This document shows, piece after piece, positions 9,482-19,597 of a stretch of DNA of 64,000 nt. The position numbers and the translations under genes were made by a program. Under the pieces are notes generated by a model that was not told the origin of the DNA, ran no database searches, and saw only the letters and a program-made list of their open reading frames with translations. The stretch is from IMG/VR virus record IMGVR_UViG_3300020380_000001, positions 124,001-188,000 of that record; one strand, written 5' to 3'. Every line of letters starts with the position of its first letter. Position 1 is the stretch's first letter.

Positions 9482-12400
9482 ATGCAACGAATTCAAAATG
9501 TGGTTGCGCTCGGGACTCCGGGCGAACCCTCCCCTATACCTGAAGTTACACTAGACGACGGCACTGTCGCTGAAGGCTCTGGCACAGGCACATCGCTGCT
9601 GGTGTTTCCTATTCGCTTAACTGCGCCGTCTAATGCGCCAGTACAAGTATCATTTTCCACAGAAGTAACGGGTTCCGCCGCCGATGAAGCAACGCCAGGC
9701 GACGACTATGACGCTGTATCAGGCGCGGTGTACACTATATCTCCCGGCCAAACCCAAGTAAATGCCATGGTTACTGTGAACCGTGACTTTGATGCAGAGT
9801 ATGACGAGTTTGTGCAAGCCCGTATCACATTTGTTTCGGGTCCAGGAAACACTACTATTGCTCGTAGCGTGGCACGTGGCATTATTACAAACGACGACGG
9901 AGAGCCAGGCGATGCGTATACCGTTACATTGTCTGGCGGCACAGTTACTGAAGGCGCACCTGGCGAGAATCCACAATTAGAGTTTGTGGTTGATTTCGGC
10001 GCTGTGACTAATGTGCAGACAAGCTTTGACTTTGAAACATTGCCTACCGGCACTGCTACAGAAGGTGTTGATTATCAGTATACTCAGACTACTGTATTTC
10101 ACCCAAGCGGATCTCGCTTTGCATATGTGTATGTTGATATCATTGGCGATGACGTATTAGAAAGCAACGAAACAGTTGACGCACGTATATATAACCTAGT
10201 AGCGCCTACGGGCTCGACTATAGCTACAGGTACCGCCTCGGGTACAATTACAGATGATGATGTTCAATACGCGATAGACTTAGAGACAGGAACAGGCGAT
10301 CGTCTTGAATCCGATAACGCTGCTGGTGTAGTGAACAACATATTCAGGATACGTGTAATTGGCACTGACGCTAATGCGCCCCGTAGAGCAGGCGGGACTG
10401 TTAAATTCAGAACACTTGCAACAGGGACAGCAACACCTGGCACTGACTTCGAGGCCGTAGATAATTATGTTGTGTCTATCCCGTCCGGTTCTACTGCTGC
10501 ATATGTAGAAATACCTGTCAGAATTTACGGCGACTATGATCCTGAATCGGATGAAACGATTGTTGGTGAGATATATGACTTGGATACTACGGATAACAGA
10601 GCCTACATAAATACGTCTCAGCATTCGGTAACAATATCAGATAACGACCAAGTGGCAAATTATAGGTTGGTTACAACTAGTACGCTATACGATGAAGATG
10701 ATGGTTCGGCTGTGTTTCGTGTAGAAAACATAAATCCAGGATCAAAACCATTTGATGGTGCTACTGTGCAGATCACGTTTGAAACGTTTGTAAAAGGCGT
10801 TGCTAATGAAGCAGTCGCGGGTACTGATTATGTGGCTAAGACCCAAACAGTTACCTTCACTAATTCTTCTGCTACCTTTTTTGACATCCCTGTTTCGCTT
10901 ATAGACAACGAACAGTTAGATGGTGATAGACTGCTATACGCAAGAATTAAAGATATGGTTACTAATGACCCGCGTGCGCAGCTAGCAGGGACAGAAGCCT
11001 ACACAACCATACAAAATGAAGACACTGCATATTTTCCGTTACTAACAGGCTCAAGTCAGTCCGAGAGCTCGTCTAACTTGGTGTTTACTGTGCGAGCGTA
11101 CTTCGAAGACGTGAACGGTAATTATGTTGGATATAGCTCACCGCCTGAGCCTATTACGGGCATGTTTAGAACGTTAGTACCGACACAGGATCAAATAGAT
11201 AATCAGAACTATGCGGAGCCTGGTGTTGACTTTACGGCTGTAGATACAGGTTTTACTTTAACCAGTTCGTCGGTTAACATTAATGTGCCTATTATCTCTG
11301 ACTTGGATATTGAAGGGATAGAAACAGTTATGGCTGAAATTTATAATATCCAGTCAGACTCGCCTCGTGTGATAGTAGACAGGGTGGCTGATCACTCAGC
11401 TACCGGGATGATTACAAACGACGATCAGCCGGTTGTGTTTACTGTTAACCGTTCAGCAACAAACGTGACTGAAGGTGATCCGGGCGACAATATTACTGCG
11501 AGATTTTACGTAACTAGTAACCGCGCCGTAGCGCCCGGTAAAACAATTAACGTGCGACTGGTTACAACGAGCAATGATCGTGGTTTTTCGTACTCTGCAG
11601 GTGATAGACTTGCAGTAGCGGGCACTGACTATACCGCTATAGATCAAACTCTAACGTTTACTAATGCTGATGGTGTAGTAAGCAACTCAAGCAAATTTGT
11701 TGATGTGCCTATTATTGCCGACAACACTGAAGAAGATGATGCATTGGTATTTGTCGAGATTGCAGAGATAACAGGTGATGATCCTCGCGGCCAGTCTACC
11801 GGCACTAATGCATATAACTGGACTCGTATTACAGACGAAGACTTCCCCGCATTGCAAGTAACATGGCCTTACCCGGCTAATACCGGTGAAGAGTACACTG
11901 CAAATCAACAACGAACGTTCTCTGAATCAATATCTATATCAGGCGGTGATGGCAATTATTCTCATGTGTGGTATGTGGACAAACCATCATTTGTGACTGA
12001 ATTTAACGGCGACACACTTACTAACTATGTCGTTCGTATTAATGAGTTCACAGGTGCAGACGAGCTTATAACAGTGGGGCTAGATGTCAGTTCCACAGAT
12101 GGGCAGACAGTAACAAACACAACAACTATTACCGCACTTTCGCAAGGCGCACCAATCACGTATGATAGAATGACTATTGTAGCGAGTGCGTGGCCTTTTG
12201 AAGAAGCTGTGTTTGATGTTAACTCATCCAACCGCAACGCACGAATAGCGGGAAACAAACCGTCATGGAGTGTGCCGCCAACACCTGCTGATAGCACACA
12301 AGCCGCAACAGGCAACGGTATAAGTGTTATTGAGTTTGACTCTGCTATAAACCTGCGCGGCCTTAAGTTCCTAGTAGGCGCTGACGGCGCTGGCGAACCA

Positions 12401-12601
12401 ACTCGTTACAGAGTTAGGTACTGGACCGGTACTGAATGGGCTATAGCGCATAGTGGTAGTTATTTCACGCGAACATCAGGAAATACCGTTCAATCTCTGC
12501 TACTTAACCCAGTAACTACTACTAAGATAGAGATAGCCACCGGTAACGTGGCATCGGGTAATGACTTATTTATGACATATATTGACATATATGGTACTTG
12601 A
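9482..12601 (+). CDS. Calx-beta repeat virion surface/adhesion protein
   Basis: About six repeats with A(T/V/E)xGxD(Y/F) and terminal IxDDD/ITNDD motifs, C-terminal beta-sandwich-like module; TAAATA at 9451. Confidence 0.85.
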   Translation: MQRIQNVVALGTPGEPSPIPEVTLDDGTVAEGSGTGTSLLVFPIRLTAPSNAPVQVSFSTEVTGSAADEATPGDDYDAVSGAVYTISPGQTQVNAMVTVNRDFDAEYDEFVQARITFVSGPGNTTIARSVARGIITNDDGEPGDAYTVTLSGGTVTEGAPGENPQLEFVVDFGAVTNVQTSFDFETLPTGTATEGVDYQYTQTTVFHPSGSRFAYVYVDIIGDDVLESNETVDARIYNLVAPTGSTIATGTASGTITDDDVQYAIDLETGTGDRLESDNAAGVVNNIFRIRVIGTDANAPRRAGGTVKFRTLATGTATPGTDFEAVDNYVVSIPSGSTAAYVEIPVRIYGDYDPESDETIVGEIYDLDTTDNRAYINTSQHSVTISDNDQVANYRLVTTSTLYDEDDGSAVFRVENINPGSKPFDGATVQITFETFVKGVANEAVAGTDYVAKTQTVTFTNSSATFFDIPVSLIDNEQLDGDRLLYARIKDMVTNDPRAQLAGTEAYTTIQNEDTAYFPLLTGSSQSESSSNLVFTVRAYFEDVNGNYVGYSSPPEPITGMFRTLVPTQDQIDNQNYAEPGVDFTAVDTGFTLTSSSVNINVPIISDLDIEGIETVMAEIYNIQSDSPRVIVDRVADHSATGMITNDDQPVVFTVNRSATNVTEGDPGDNITARFYVTSNRAVAPGKTINVRLVTTSNDRGFSYSAGDRLAVAGTDYTAIDQTLTFTNADGVVSNSSKFVDVPIIADNTEEDDALVFVEIAEITGDDPRGQSTGTNAYNWTRITDEDFPALQVTWPYPANTGEEYTANQQRTFSESISISGGDGNYSHVWYVDKPSFVTEFNGDTLTNYVVRINEFTGADELITVGLDVSSTDGQTVTNTTTITALSQGAPITYDRMTIVASAWPFEEAVFDVNSSNRNARIAGNKPSWSVPPTPADSTQAATGNGISVIEFDSAINLRGLKFLVGADGAGEPTRYRVRYWTGTEWAIAHSGSYFTRTSGNTVQSLLLNPVTTTKIEIATGNVASGNDLFMTYIDIYGT

Positions 12602-12611
12602 TTTGTGAATT

Positions 12612-12731
12612 AAAATGCCTTATTATAGATTCTAACAACAAGATTGGATAAAAAATAAAAATTATCCAACGACAAAACGAAAAGCAAGTCCTAAGAGACT
12701 GCCATTAATAAGAATAATAATAAGGCATTTT
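12612..12731 (+). promoter_or_regulatory. structured 5' leader sequestering the SD of the downstream nuclease-like gene
   Basis: 15-bp inverted repeat 12612-12626/12717-12731 enclosing TTGGATAA/TTATCCAA and AGTC/GACT hairpins; 3' arm contains TAAGG just before ATG 12736. Confidence 0.55.
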
Positions 12732-14013
12732 GCACATGACTGACAATACCCCATACGTACCCGATCCATCTGAATTTGCATCCCTCTTTTTAGGCATTGC
12801 GATGAACTTGAAAGAGCGCAAAAAGCAACAAGATGCTGACTATGTTGATGTGTCTAAATTCATTACCATGAATGATCGTGATAATGATTTTGACATATCA
12901 AAACGATCGTCCATGCACTTCTTAGGACACGATGCTCCGAATGGTTTTGATATCCTCCCGGCTGTTGATTTAGGCGGCTTAGCCAACACAGATAAAAACG
13001 GGTACGATATGTTTATGCAGGTAGATGGCAGAATTGTCCCAGCCGAATTAAAGTCAACATCACTTAGCCCAACTGACCGTAATAACGAATATTGCCTAGA
13101 CGTAATGTCGCGACTATGCAAGCGTGTGGCATCCGGTGATTCATTTACGTTAGTGCCGCTTGAACAAGCACTAACTATCAGTTTTAAAATAAAAACCCAC
13201 TCAACCATGATGTTGAAACACTGCGACTGTTACTTGTACTTATTTGACGGTGACGCTCGTTCAGACGTTATCCAAATTTGGAAAGTTGCCGGTGATCGTA
13301 TCCTGGCATTCTTAGAAGAAAGACTTAACTTTGACAGCAAGGGGCGTTTAAAAGGCGGTTCCGGCGCGGTGAGTGTTCCTTTACAGTTCTTCATAGACAA
13401 CGGCATCGTGGTTCCGCCAATGTCAAGTAAGCAGTACGGTTGGGAAAATGCGCTTAAAGTATTACGTGAGCACTGTGACTATGACTTCAGAACAGATCAG
13501 CCAGGCCAGAAAAATGGCGAACAATTTATCAAGTATTTGTCGCCGGCACTAGATAAAGAAACAAACGAAACTTTTAAACAGCTACTAGAGCACCGCGGTC
13601 CGTCTGAGTACGAAACTAAGTTTGCAATTAACAAGCTACTTACTGAACGCGGACTAGACACCAGTCGTGTAATTATGACAGTAGTTAACAAAACCAAAGA
13701 CGGCAAGCGTATGTACTTTATGTCCGGTGCTCTACAAAAGAAAGGCAAACCCGGTGACGTGTTAATGATGCTTATGTACGAAGACATCTCCCAAAAAACA
13801 TATATGGTGGTTGTACCATACCGTGAGTATGTCACTACGTATAACGGCCGCCTCTACCTTAATCAAGCTGACGGCACTTATGCACCTCGCCCAAGACAAT
13901 CTAAAAGAGGCGATACTCTTGAAATGTATAACTTTCTTGTAAAAGATGTACATGACGCACTTGAAAAAATTGAAGTGTATTTGAACGAAGAAGCACCTGC
14001 TTCTGATAAATAA
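12730..14013 (+). CDS. putative PD-(D/E)xK-fold endonuclease
   Basis: GYDMFMQVDGRIVPAELKST fits a D-x(n)-(E)xK nuclease core; likely start 12736. Confidence 0.45.
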   Translation: MHMTDNTPYVPDPSEFASLFLGIAMNLKERKKQQDADYVDVSKFITMNDRDNDFDISKRSSMHFLGHDAPNGFDILPAVDLGGLANTDKNGYDMFMQVDGRIVPAELKSTSLSPTDRNNEYCLDVMSRLCKRVASGDSFTLVPLEQALTISFKIKTHSTMMLKHCDCYLYLFDGDARSDVIQIWKVAGDRILAFLEERLNFDSKGRLKGGSGAVSVPLQFFIDNGIVVPPMSSKQYGWENALKVLREHCDYDFRTDQPGQKNGEQFIKYLSPALDKETNETFKQLLEHRGPSEYETKFAINKLLTERGLDTSRVIMTVVNKTKDGKRMYFMSGALQKKGKPGDVLMMLMYEDISQKTYMVVVPYREYVTTYNGRLYLNQADGTYAPRPRQSKRGDTLEMYNFLVKDVHDALEKIEVYLNEEAPASDK

Positions 14014-14040
14014 AAACTATAAAAAAGAAGGAAACTGAAA

Positions 14041-14313
14041 ATGTCAGACGAAAGACCAAATGTACGCCACTATAACCAGGAAGACAAGGAACGCCTTAAA
14101 AAGCTGGTTAGAGAAGGGGTAGCGGTGAAACAAGAAGTTAAGGATCTTAACGACGGTTTAGCCGACGCGGTAAAGGCAGTTGCTGAGGAACTAGACATTC
14201 CTGCATCGCAGCTAAAGAAAGCGATTACTATTGCGCACAAACAGAACCTAAGTGATGAGCGTGCCAAGTTTGAAGAAGTCGAAGACATCTTAGAAACTAT
14301 AGGATTCAAGTAA
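14041..14313 (+). CDS. dsbA: dsDNA-binding protein, T4 DsbA-like
   Basis: 90-aa helical protein, EDKERLKKLVREG...DAVKAVAEELDIPASQLKKAITIAHK pattern; TAAATA at 14007. Confidence 0.7.
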   Translation: MSDERPNVRHYNQEDKERLKKLVREGVAVKQEVKDLNDGLADAVKAVAEELDIPASQLKKAITIAHKQNLSDERAKFEEVEDILETIGFK

Positions 14314-14314
14314 A

Positions 14315-14650
14315 ATGAGCCAAGACACACAACACACTCTTATCAGTACTGCTGAAGAAATTAAATCGAACCAAGAAGCTGCTGCATTTGCGAGCAAGCT
14401 TTACAGCGACAACGATGACTCTATTGTTGATATTGACTTAACTTTCGATACTCAACGAGTTCTTATCGCGACAAAGCTGAGCGAGTTAATTAGCGAGACG
14501 TCACGACGACATTTCGCAACACAGTTACAAAGACATGGTGATGTGTGTCTTGCAGCCGGTGAAGCGATTCTAAACGAAGCTATTATCGACACACTCCAAA
14601 CCGCGGTTGACAGCGGTATGTTTGAAACAGACGAAGGCAGCGAAGAATGA
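14315..14650 (+). CDS. hypothetical protein
   Basis: 111-aa acidic ORF in operon. Confidence 0.75.
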   Translation: MSQDTQHTLISTAEEIKSNQEAAAFASKLYSDNDDSIVDIDLTFDTQRVLIATKLSELISETSRRHFATQLQRHGDVCLAAGEAILNEAIIDTLQTAVDSGMFETDEGSEE

Positions 14651-15615
14651 GAAAGAACGTACTTGTACTGGGCTTAGGCATAGGTTCAGTTTATGTTGAC
14701 GAATTGTCTAAGACCCATGATGTGGACACTCTTGACAATAATCCAGAGTTAGACACGACATATAATGAGTTGTCCGATCTTGAGGTCATTGATCGCAAGA
14801 AGATGTACGACATTGCTATTGTGTGTTTGCCTAATTTCCTGCACGAACCGGCAATCGAAGCGCTGCGGGATTTAGCTGATATTATCCTTGTAGAAAAGCC
14901 GGGTTTACCGTCTCTTCCTGAATGGCAACGTATGCGTACTGAATGTGAAGTTGAAGGCACACGACTAGTGATGGCCAAGAACAACATGTACAGAAAAGGT
15001 TTAGGTGAGTTCTTTGACTTGGTTGATGTAATGATCGACAACGGCAGTGTCAAAAAGGTCTGTATTAGTTGGGTCAATAACGCACGCATTCCTAATCCCG
15101 GATCATGGTTCACTAATAAAGACAAAGCATGGGGCGGTGTTGGCCGCGATCTTATGCCGCACTTGTTAAACGAACTATACATGACAATGTACACTGATCC
15201 TGCGGATGAGCCATGCGACTGGATCAAGTCCGTAAAACTCACACAACGTTACGATATAGACAGTGCATCAAAGTTATGCAGTGATCCAGAATACGCGAAT
15301 GGTGATGCCACAGGCGTTTATAACGTAGACGATCGCGCTGTGATAGTTGCAGAAGACGACGGCGTGGAATACCACCTCACGGCTGACTGGGCACACGACT
15401 ATGGTGTCGAAGATGTGGGTATCTCGGTTGAGCTTACAGAAGGCTACATGTTGTATCGTTTAGGCCTATGTCCTAACGAGTGCTACGGTGATATGGTAAA
15501 CACGATGCTCGCGTTTATTGACGACCAAACATTCTGGGAAGAACAAGCCGAGATTGACGATTTCACGCTAGGTGCAATCGACTATTTGTATGAAAATGGA
15601 GACAAAAATGTCTGA
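14647..15615 (+). CDS. Gfo/Idh/MocA family NAD(P)-dependent oxidoreductase
   Basis: VLVLGLGIG Rossmann, ILVEKPG, GGVGRDLMPH. Confidence 0.88.
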   Translation: MRKNVLVLGLGIGSVYVDELSKTHDVDTLDNNPELDTTYNELSDLEVIDRKKMYDIAIVCLPNFLHEPAIEALRDLADIILVEKPGLPSLPEWQRMRTECEVEGTRLVMAKNNMYRKGLGEFFDLVDVMIDNGSVKKVCISWVNNARIPNPGSWFTNKDKAWGGVGRDLMPHLLNELYMTMYTDPADEPCDWIKSVKLTQRYDIDSASKLCSDPEYANGDATGVYNVDDRAVIVAEDDGVEYHLTADWAHDYGVEDVGISVELTEGYMLYRLGLCPNECYGDMVNTMLAFIDDQTFWEEQAEIDDFTLGAIDYLYENGDKNV

Positions 15616-16570
15616 GAAGATTAGATACCTACACGCCTACGGTGACAGAAAGATCGTGTTTAGTGAAATAGACAAGCCTTCTTGTCCTGATAACGGTGTA
15701 TTAGTAAAAACCATTATGACTGGCGTGTGTCGTTCAGACGTAGCGCAGTACCTTGGTGATGAAAAGGGTGTGCCGTTCGGTATGTTTGGGCACGAAGGTC
15801 TCGGCGAAGTAGTTGAGATCGGTAAAGATTGTCATAAACCAGGACTAAAAATTGGTTCTATAGTTAGCACATGGAGCGACCCTGCGTATGCTGACTACTA
15901 TCCAGCCAAGATGAATGAGTTTGTTATCGTTCCTGAAGCCGCGCCTAAGTATATCTTACAGCCGGTGGCGTGCGCGATTAACATTCTTATGCAGACTATT
16001 AAATTCATGGAGCGCATGGATTTAGTGGGTGAAGAAATCCTGCTTCTTGGCACCGGCTTTATGAGTACTATTATCGGTGACGCTGCTAAAGCACGCGGGA
16101 TTGACATGACTATTGTTGGTCGCGCTAATACTGAGAAGTGGGATTCGCTTGGTTTTAAACGTTATGACACCAGTGCTGAATTGTGCGACGAAATAAAAAA
16201 TAAAACGCGTAAAAATTTTAGTGTAGTCATAGACTTATCGTCAAAAGAAGAAAACTTCTACGCCATTTCTGAAACCCTTGCCGGTGACGAAGCGTTAATA
16301 TGTTATGCAGGCACTCCTATGAGTGATGTGAAAACAAACTTCTTTGCCAACTGCTGGAAATGTCATACGTTGATTATGCCTAGCCCCAGAAACCGTGACT
16401 TTAATGATAGTATGGCAGAGTCTGCAAAACTTATTGAAGCCGGTGTTCTTGACACAGACAAGCTTTGGACTTGCGGTTATACACGTGATGTTGAAGCTGA
16501 TGTGATTCAAGCATTTGAAGACGGTTCTGACAGAACACCTGATTATATCCGGGGCTATATTAGCTGGTAA
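15608..16570 (+). CDS. zinc-binding (MDR) dehydrogenase
   Basis: GVCRSD and GHE catalytic Zn ligands, LLGTGFMS Rossmann; structural-Zn Cys lobe absent. Confidence 0.88.
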   Translation: MSEKIRYLHAYGDRKIVFSEIDKPSCPDNGVLVKTIMTGVCRSDVAQYLGDEKGVPFGMFGHEGLGEVVEIGKDCHKPGLKIGSIVSTWSDPAYADYYPAKMNEFVIVPEAAPKYILQPVACAINILMQTIKFMERMDLVGEEILLLGTGFMSTIIGDAAKARGIDMTIVGRANTEKWDSLGFKRYDTSAELCDEIKNKTRKNFSVVIDLSSKEENFYAISETLAGDEALICYAGTPMSDVKTNFFANCWKCHTLIMPSPRNRDFNDSMAESAKLIEAGVLDTDKLWTCGYTRDVEADVIQAFEDGSDRTPDYIRGYISW

Positions 16571-16578
16571 GGTAACCA

Positions 16579-19512
16579 ATGTATATTGACGCAATAAAAG
16601 ACGCTAAGAATAATAAAATACACACGGTCAACAGAGTTAACGGCGAGCGAATCTATAAGTCGTACCCAATTGACTGGTCTTTTTATTACGACGATTCAAC
16701 CGGTGAACACATGAGCTGGTATAATACACCAGTTAAGAAAGTGGAGCCGTCAAGCGCTGCTGACCATAAAAAGTTGGTAGGGTCTTTTGGCAACCGCAGA
16801 CTTTATGAGTCTGACGTTAACCACGTGTTTAGATGCTTAGAGCAACATTACCCTGATACAAGTCAGAGTCCCAACTTGCATGTTGCTTTTTTCGATATCG
16901 AGACTGACTTTGACGAAGAAATGGGATATTCGTCACCGACAGAAGCATTTAACCCTATTACGTCAATTGCTGTATACTTGCAATGGTGTAATACTATGGT
17001 GTGTTTGGCTGTGCCGCCTCCTACATTATCGCGGGAAGAAGCAAAAGCCATCGCCGCGCAGGTCCCTGATGTTATACTGTGCGCCACTGAAAAAGAAATG
17101 CTACAAGATTTCCTGAGCATTATTGAAGATGCTGACGTGTTGTCTGGCTGGAACAGCGCAATGTACGATATTCCGTACACTATTCACCGCTTGCAGAAAA
17201 CTATAGGCGGCGAAGCTGCACGACAAATGTGCCTTTGGGGACATATGCCACAGCGCAAGAAAGTGAATCACTTCGGTAAAGAAGAGGTGACATATTCACT
17301 TATAGGCCGTCAGCATTTGGATTATCTTGATCTGTACAAGAAGTACACGTATGAAGAGAAACAAAGTTACAAGCTGAACTCAATTGCAGAAGCCGAGCTT
17401 GGCGAGCAGAAAGTTGAGTACCAAGGTACACTTGATGACCTGTATAAGAAAGACTTTAAAAAGTTTTTAGAGTACAACATTCAAGATACCAAGCTACTTG
17501 ACAGCCTAGACGAAAAGCTAAAGTATATTGACTTAGTTAACACCATTGCACACAACAACCAGGTGCCAATCCAAACAGCGCTAGGCACCGTGTCCATGAT
17601 GGAACAGGTCATCACAGTTGAGGCGCACAACAACGGGTTTATAGTTCCAGACAAACGTAAAGATATTACGGATGATGGACAAGCCGCTGGTGGTTGGGTT
17701 AGTAAGCCTAAGAAGGGATTACATCGCTGGGTAGGCAGCTCGGATTTGAACTCACTTTATCCGTCAGTTATCCGTGCATTTAACATGAGTCCTGAAACGA
17801 TTGTTGGGCAGGTAGATATGTCTTACACTCGTAGTTGTGTTGAAGAATACATCGCTAAAGGATCCAAGTATACGTTCTCTGGCTGGTGGAATGATCGTTT
17901 CAATATTCTTGAAATGGAAGCGTTTTACGATGGCAGCAAGACTACACCTGTTAAACTGCACATTGAAGACAACGGCAAGAAGGGTCCTATCCTTGATATA
18001 ACAGGGCGTGAATTACGCGATGTTATATTCAGTGAAGACCACGACTGGTGTATAAGTGCTAACGGGACTATTTTTGATAATAGTCGTCAAGGCACTGTGC
18101 CTAGCTTGCTTTCAAGATGGTATAACGAACGTAAACAATTACAGAAAGTAATGAAGCGTCTTAAGTTCCTTGCCGCAGCCAACTACGAAGTGCCCAGCGA
18201 TCTAGTTGCGCAATTTGCAGTTGATGAAGAAAAAGAACTTACTAAGAGTGACGTTTACGACTTTCCGCTTGATGCGTTTGACGAGATGGTCAACAACAAA
18301 GACGTTGAGGCACTCAAAAGCTTTATGGACACCTGGGGCTTGACTGTGCATAACGGGCACTTTGCGCCTTGTCCTGCTTGGAAGACTGCGTACACGTATG
18401 CATGTGACTATTGGGATAAACAACAATTAGTTCGTAAGATTAACCTGAACTCGTGTTACGGTGGACTACTGAACGCCCACATGAAGTTCTACGATCAACG
18501 AATTGGTCAGAGTACTACACTAAGCGGGCGCTCAATCACGCGTCACATGACTGCTAAGACTGCCGAGTTGCTAGAAGGCAAATACGACATAGAAGACGTG
18601 AAGTCTATTATCTACAACGATACTGACTCTGTGTATTTCTCAGTATGGCCTGTAATCAAAGACAAGGTAGAAGCGGGCGAAATGGAATGGAACAAAGACA
18701 TAGCTGTGAAGCTGTATGACGATGTATCCGATCAGGTAAGTGACACTTTCCCTGAGTTCCTTAAAACGAAGTTCAATGTGCCTGAGCACCGTGGATCTAT
18801 TATCGCAAGTGGGCGTGAAATTGTTGCTGAGTCTGGATTGTATATTACCAAGAAACGTTATGCTGCACTTGTGTATGACGATGAAGGTGTAAGACGTGAC
18901 ACAGACGGCAAGCCCGGTAAGCTAAAAGCCATGGGTCTTGACTTGAGACGAAGCGACACCCCTGTTTATATCCAGGAATTTTTAAAAGAGATTCTGTTGG
19001 ATACGCTACAAAACAAAGGTGAAAGCTATGTTGTTGACAAGATACTTGACTTTAAGAAAAACGTACAAGGCAAGCTTAAGCCATGGCAACGCGGTGTACC
19101 GAAAGCCGTAAACGGCATGTACAAGTACACCAAAAAGAAAGAACAGCACATCGAGAATCTGATGCGCGGTGTGAAGTCATCCTTGGCTATCCCGGGACAC
19201 GTACAAGCCAGTTTTAACTGGAACGAGTTACTCGAATCCAATGGCGATATGGAGTCTACTAAGATAACAGACGGCACGAAAGTTATTGTGTGTTACTTAA
19301 AGACTAACGAGCGCAACTATACGTCGGTTGCGTACCCGGTGGACCAGTCACGTTTACCTACTTGGTTTACTGATTTGCCATTTGACGTTGATGACATGGA
19401 AGAGCGTGTTCTTGACAAGAAAGTAAGTAACTTACTTTCAGTGCTTAAATGGGACTTAAGCATGGCTAGTAAACAAGGCGAGGTATTTGGTAACTTGTTT
19501 ACTTTTAATTAA
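16579..19512 (+). CDS. gp43: family B DNA polymerase (gp43-like)
   Basis: Exo I FFDIETD, Exo II WNSAMYD, Exo III YNIQD, Pol A DLNSLYPS, B KINLNSCYG, C YNDTDS. Confidence 0.97.
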   Translation: MYIDAIKDAKNNKIHTVNRVNGERIYKSYPIDWSFYYDDSTGEHMSWYNTPVKKVEPSSAADHKKLVGSFGNRRLYESDVNHVFRCLEQHYPDTSQSPNLHVAFFDIETDFDEEMGYSSPTEAFNPITSIAVYLQWCNTMVCLAVPPPTLSREEAKAIAAQVPDVILCATEKEMLQDFLSIIEDADVLSGWNSAMYDIPYTIHRLQKTIGGEAARQMCLWGHMPQRKKVNHFGKEEVTYSLIGRQHLDYLDLYKKYTYEEKQSYKLNSIAEAELGEQKVEYQGTLDDLYKKDFKKFLEYNIQDTKLLDSLDEKLKYIDLVNTIAHNNQVPIQTALGTVSMMEQVITVEAHNNGFIVPDKRKDITDDGQAAGGWVSKPKKGLHRWVGSSDLNSLYPSVIRAFNMSPETIVGQVDMSYTRSCVEEYIAKGSKYTFSGWWNDRFNILEMEAFYDGSKTTPVKLHIEDNGKKGPILDITGRELRDVIFSEDHDWCISANGTIFDNSRQGTVPSLLSRWYNERKQLQKVMKRLKFLAAANYEVPSDLVAQFAVDEEKELTKSDVYDFPLDAFDEMVNNKDVEALKSFMDTWGLTVHNGHFAPCPAWKTAYTYACDYWDKQQLVRKINLNSCYGGLLNAHMKFYDQRIGQSTTLSGRSITRHMTAKTAELLEGKYDIEDVKSIIYNDTDSVYFSVWPVIKDKVEAGEMEWNKDIAVKLYDDVSDQVSDTFPEFLKTKFNVPEHRGSIIASGREIVAESGLYITKKRYAALVYDDEGVRRDTDGKPGKLKAMGLDLRRSDTPVYIQEFLKEILLDTLQNKGESYVVDKILDFKKNVQGKLKPWQRGVPKAVNGMYKYTKKKEQHIENLMRGVKSSLAIPGHVQASFNWNELLESNGDMESTKITDGTKVIVCYLKTNERNYTSVAYPVDQSRLPTWFTDLPFDVDDMEERVLDKKVSNLLSVLKWDLSMASKQGEVFGNLFTFN

Positions 19513-19522
19513 AACGAAATCC

Positions 19523-19554
19523 GACTTGACAAAAACTGTCAAGTCGCGTATAAT
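19523..19554 (+). promoter_or_regulatory. consensus sigma70 promoter overlapped by a 9-bp inverted repeat
   Basis: TTGACA(19526)-17 nt-TATAAT(19549); GACTTGACA-5 nt-TGTCAAGTC at 19523-19545. Confidence 0.75.
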
Positions 19555-19597
19555 ACATCAGATAATAATAATAAGAAGCCTAGGAGCTCACACACAT

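Noticed and set aside
9706-12315. Antisense ORFs over the Calx-beta gene (and similar shadow ORFs over polB, rnh and SPFH)
   Set aside because: Fully overlapped by well-supported genes, no SD or motifs; typical frame shadows
18150-18420. Intein in DNA polymerase fingers insertion
   Set aside because: The insert is only about 85 aa with no C/S start or HN/HQ end motifs; probably a lineage-specific insertion
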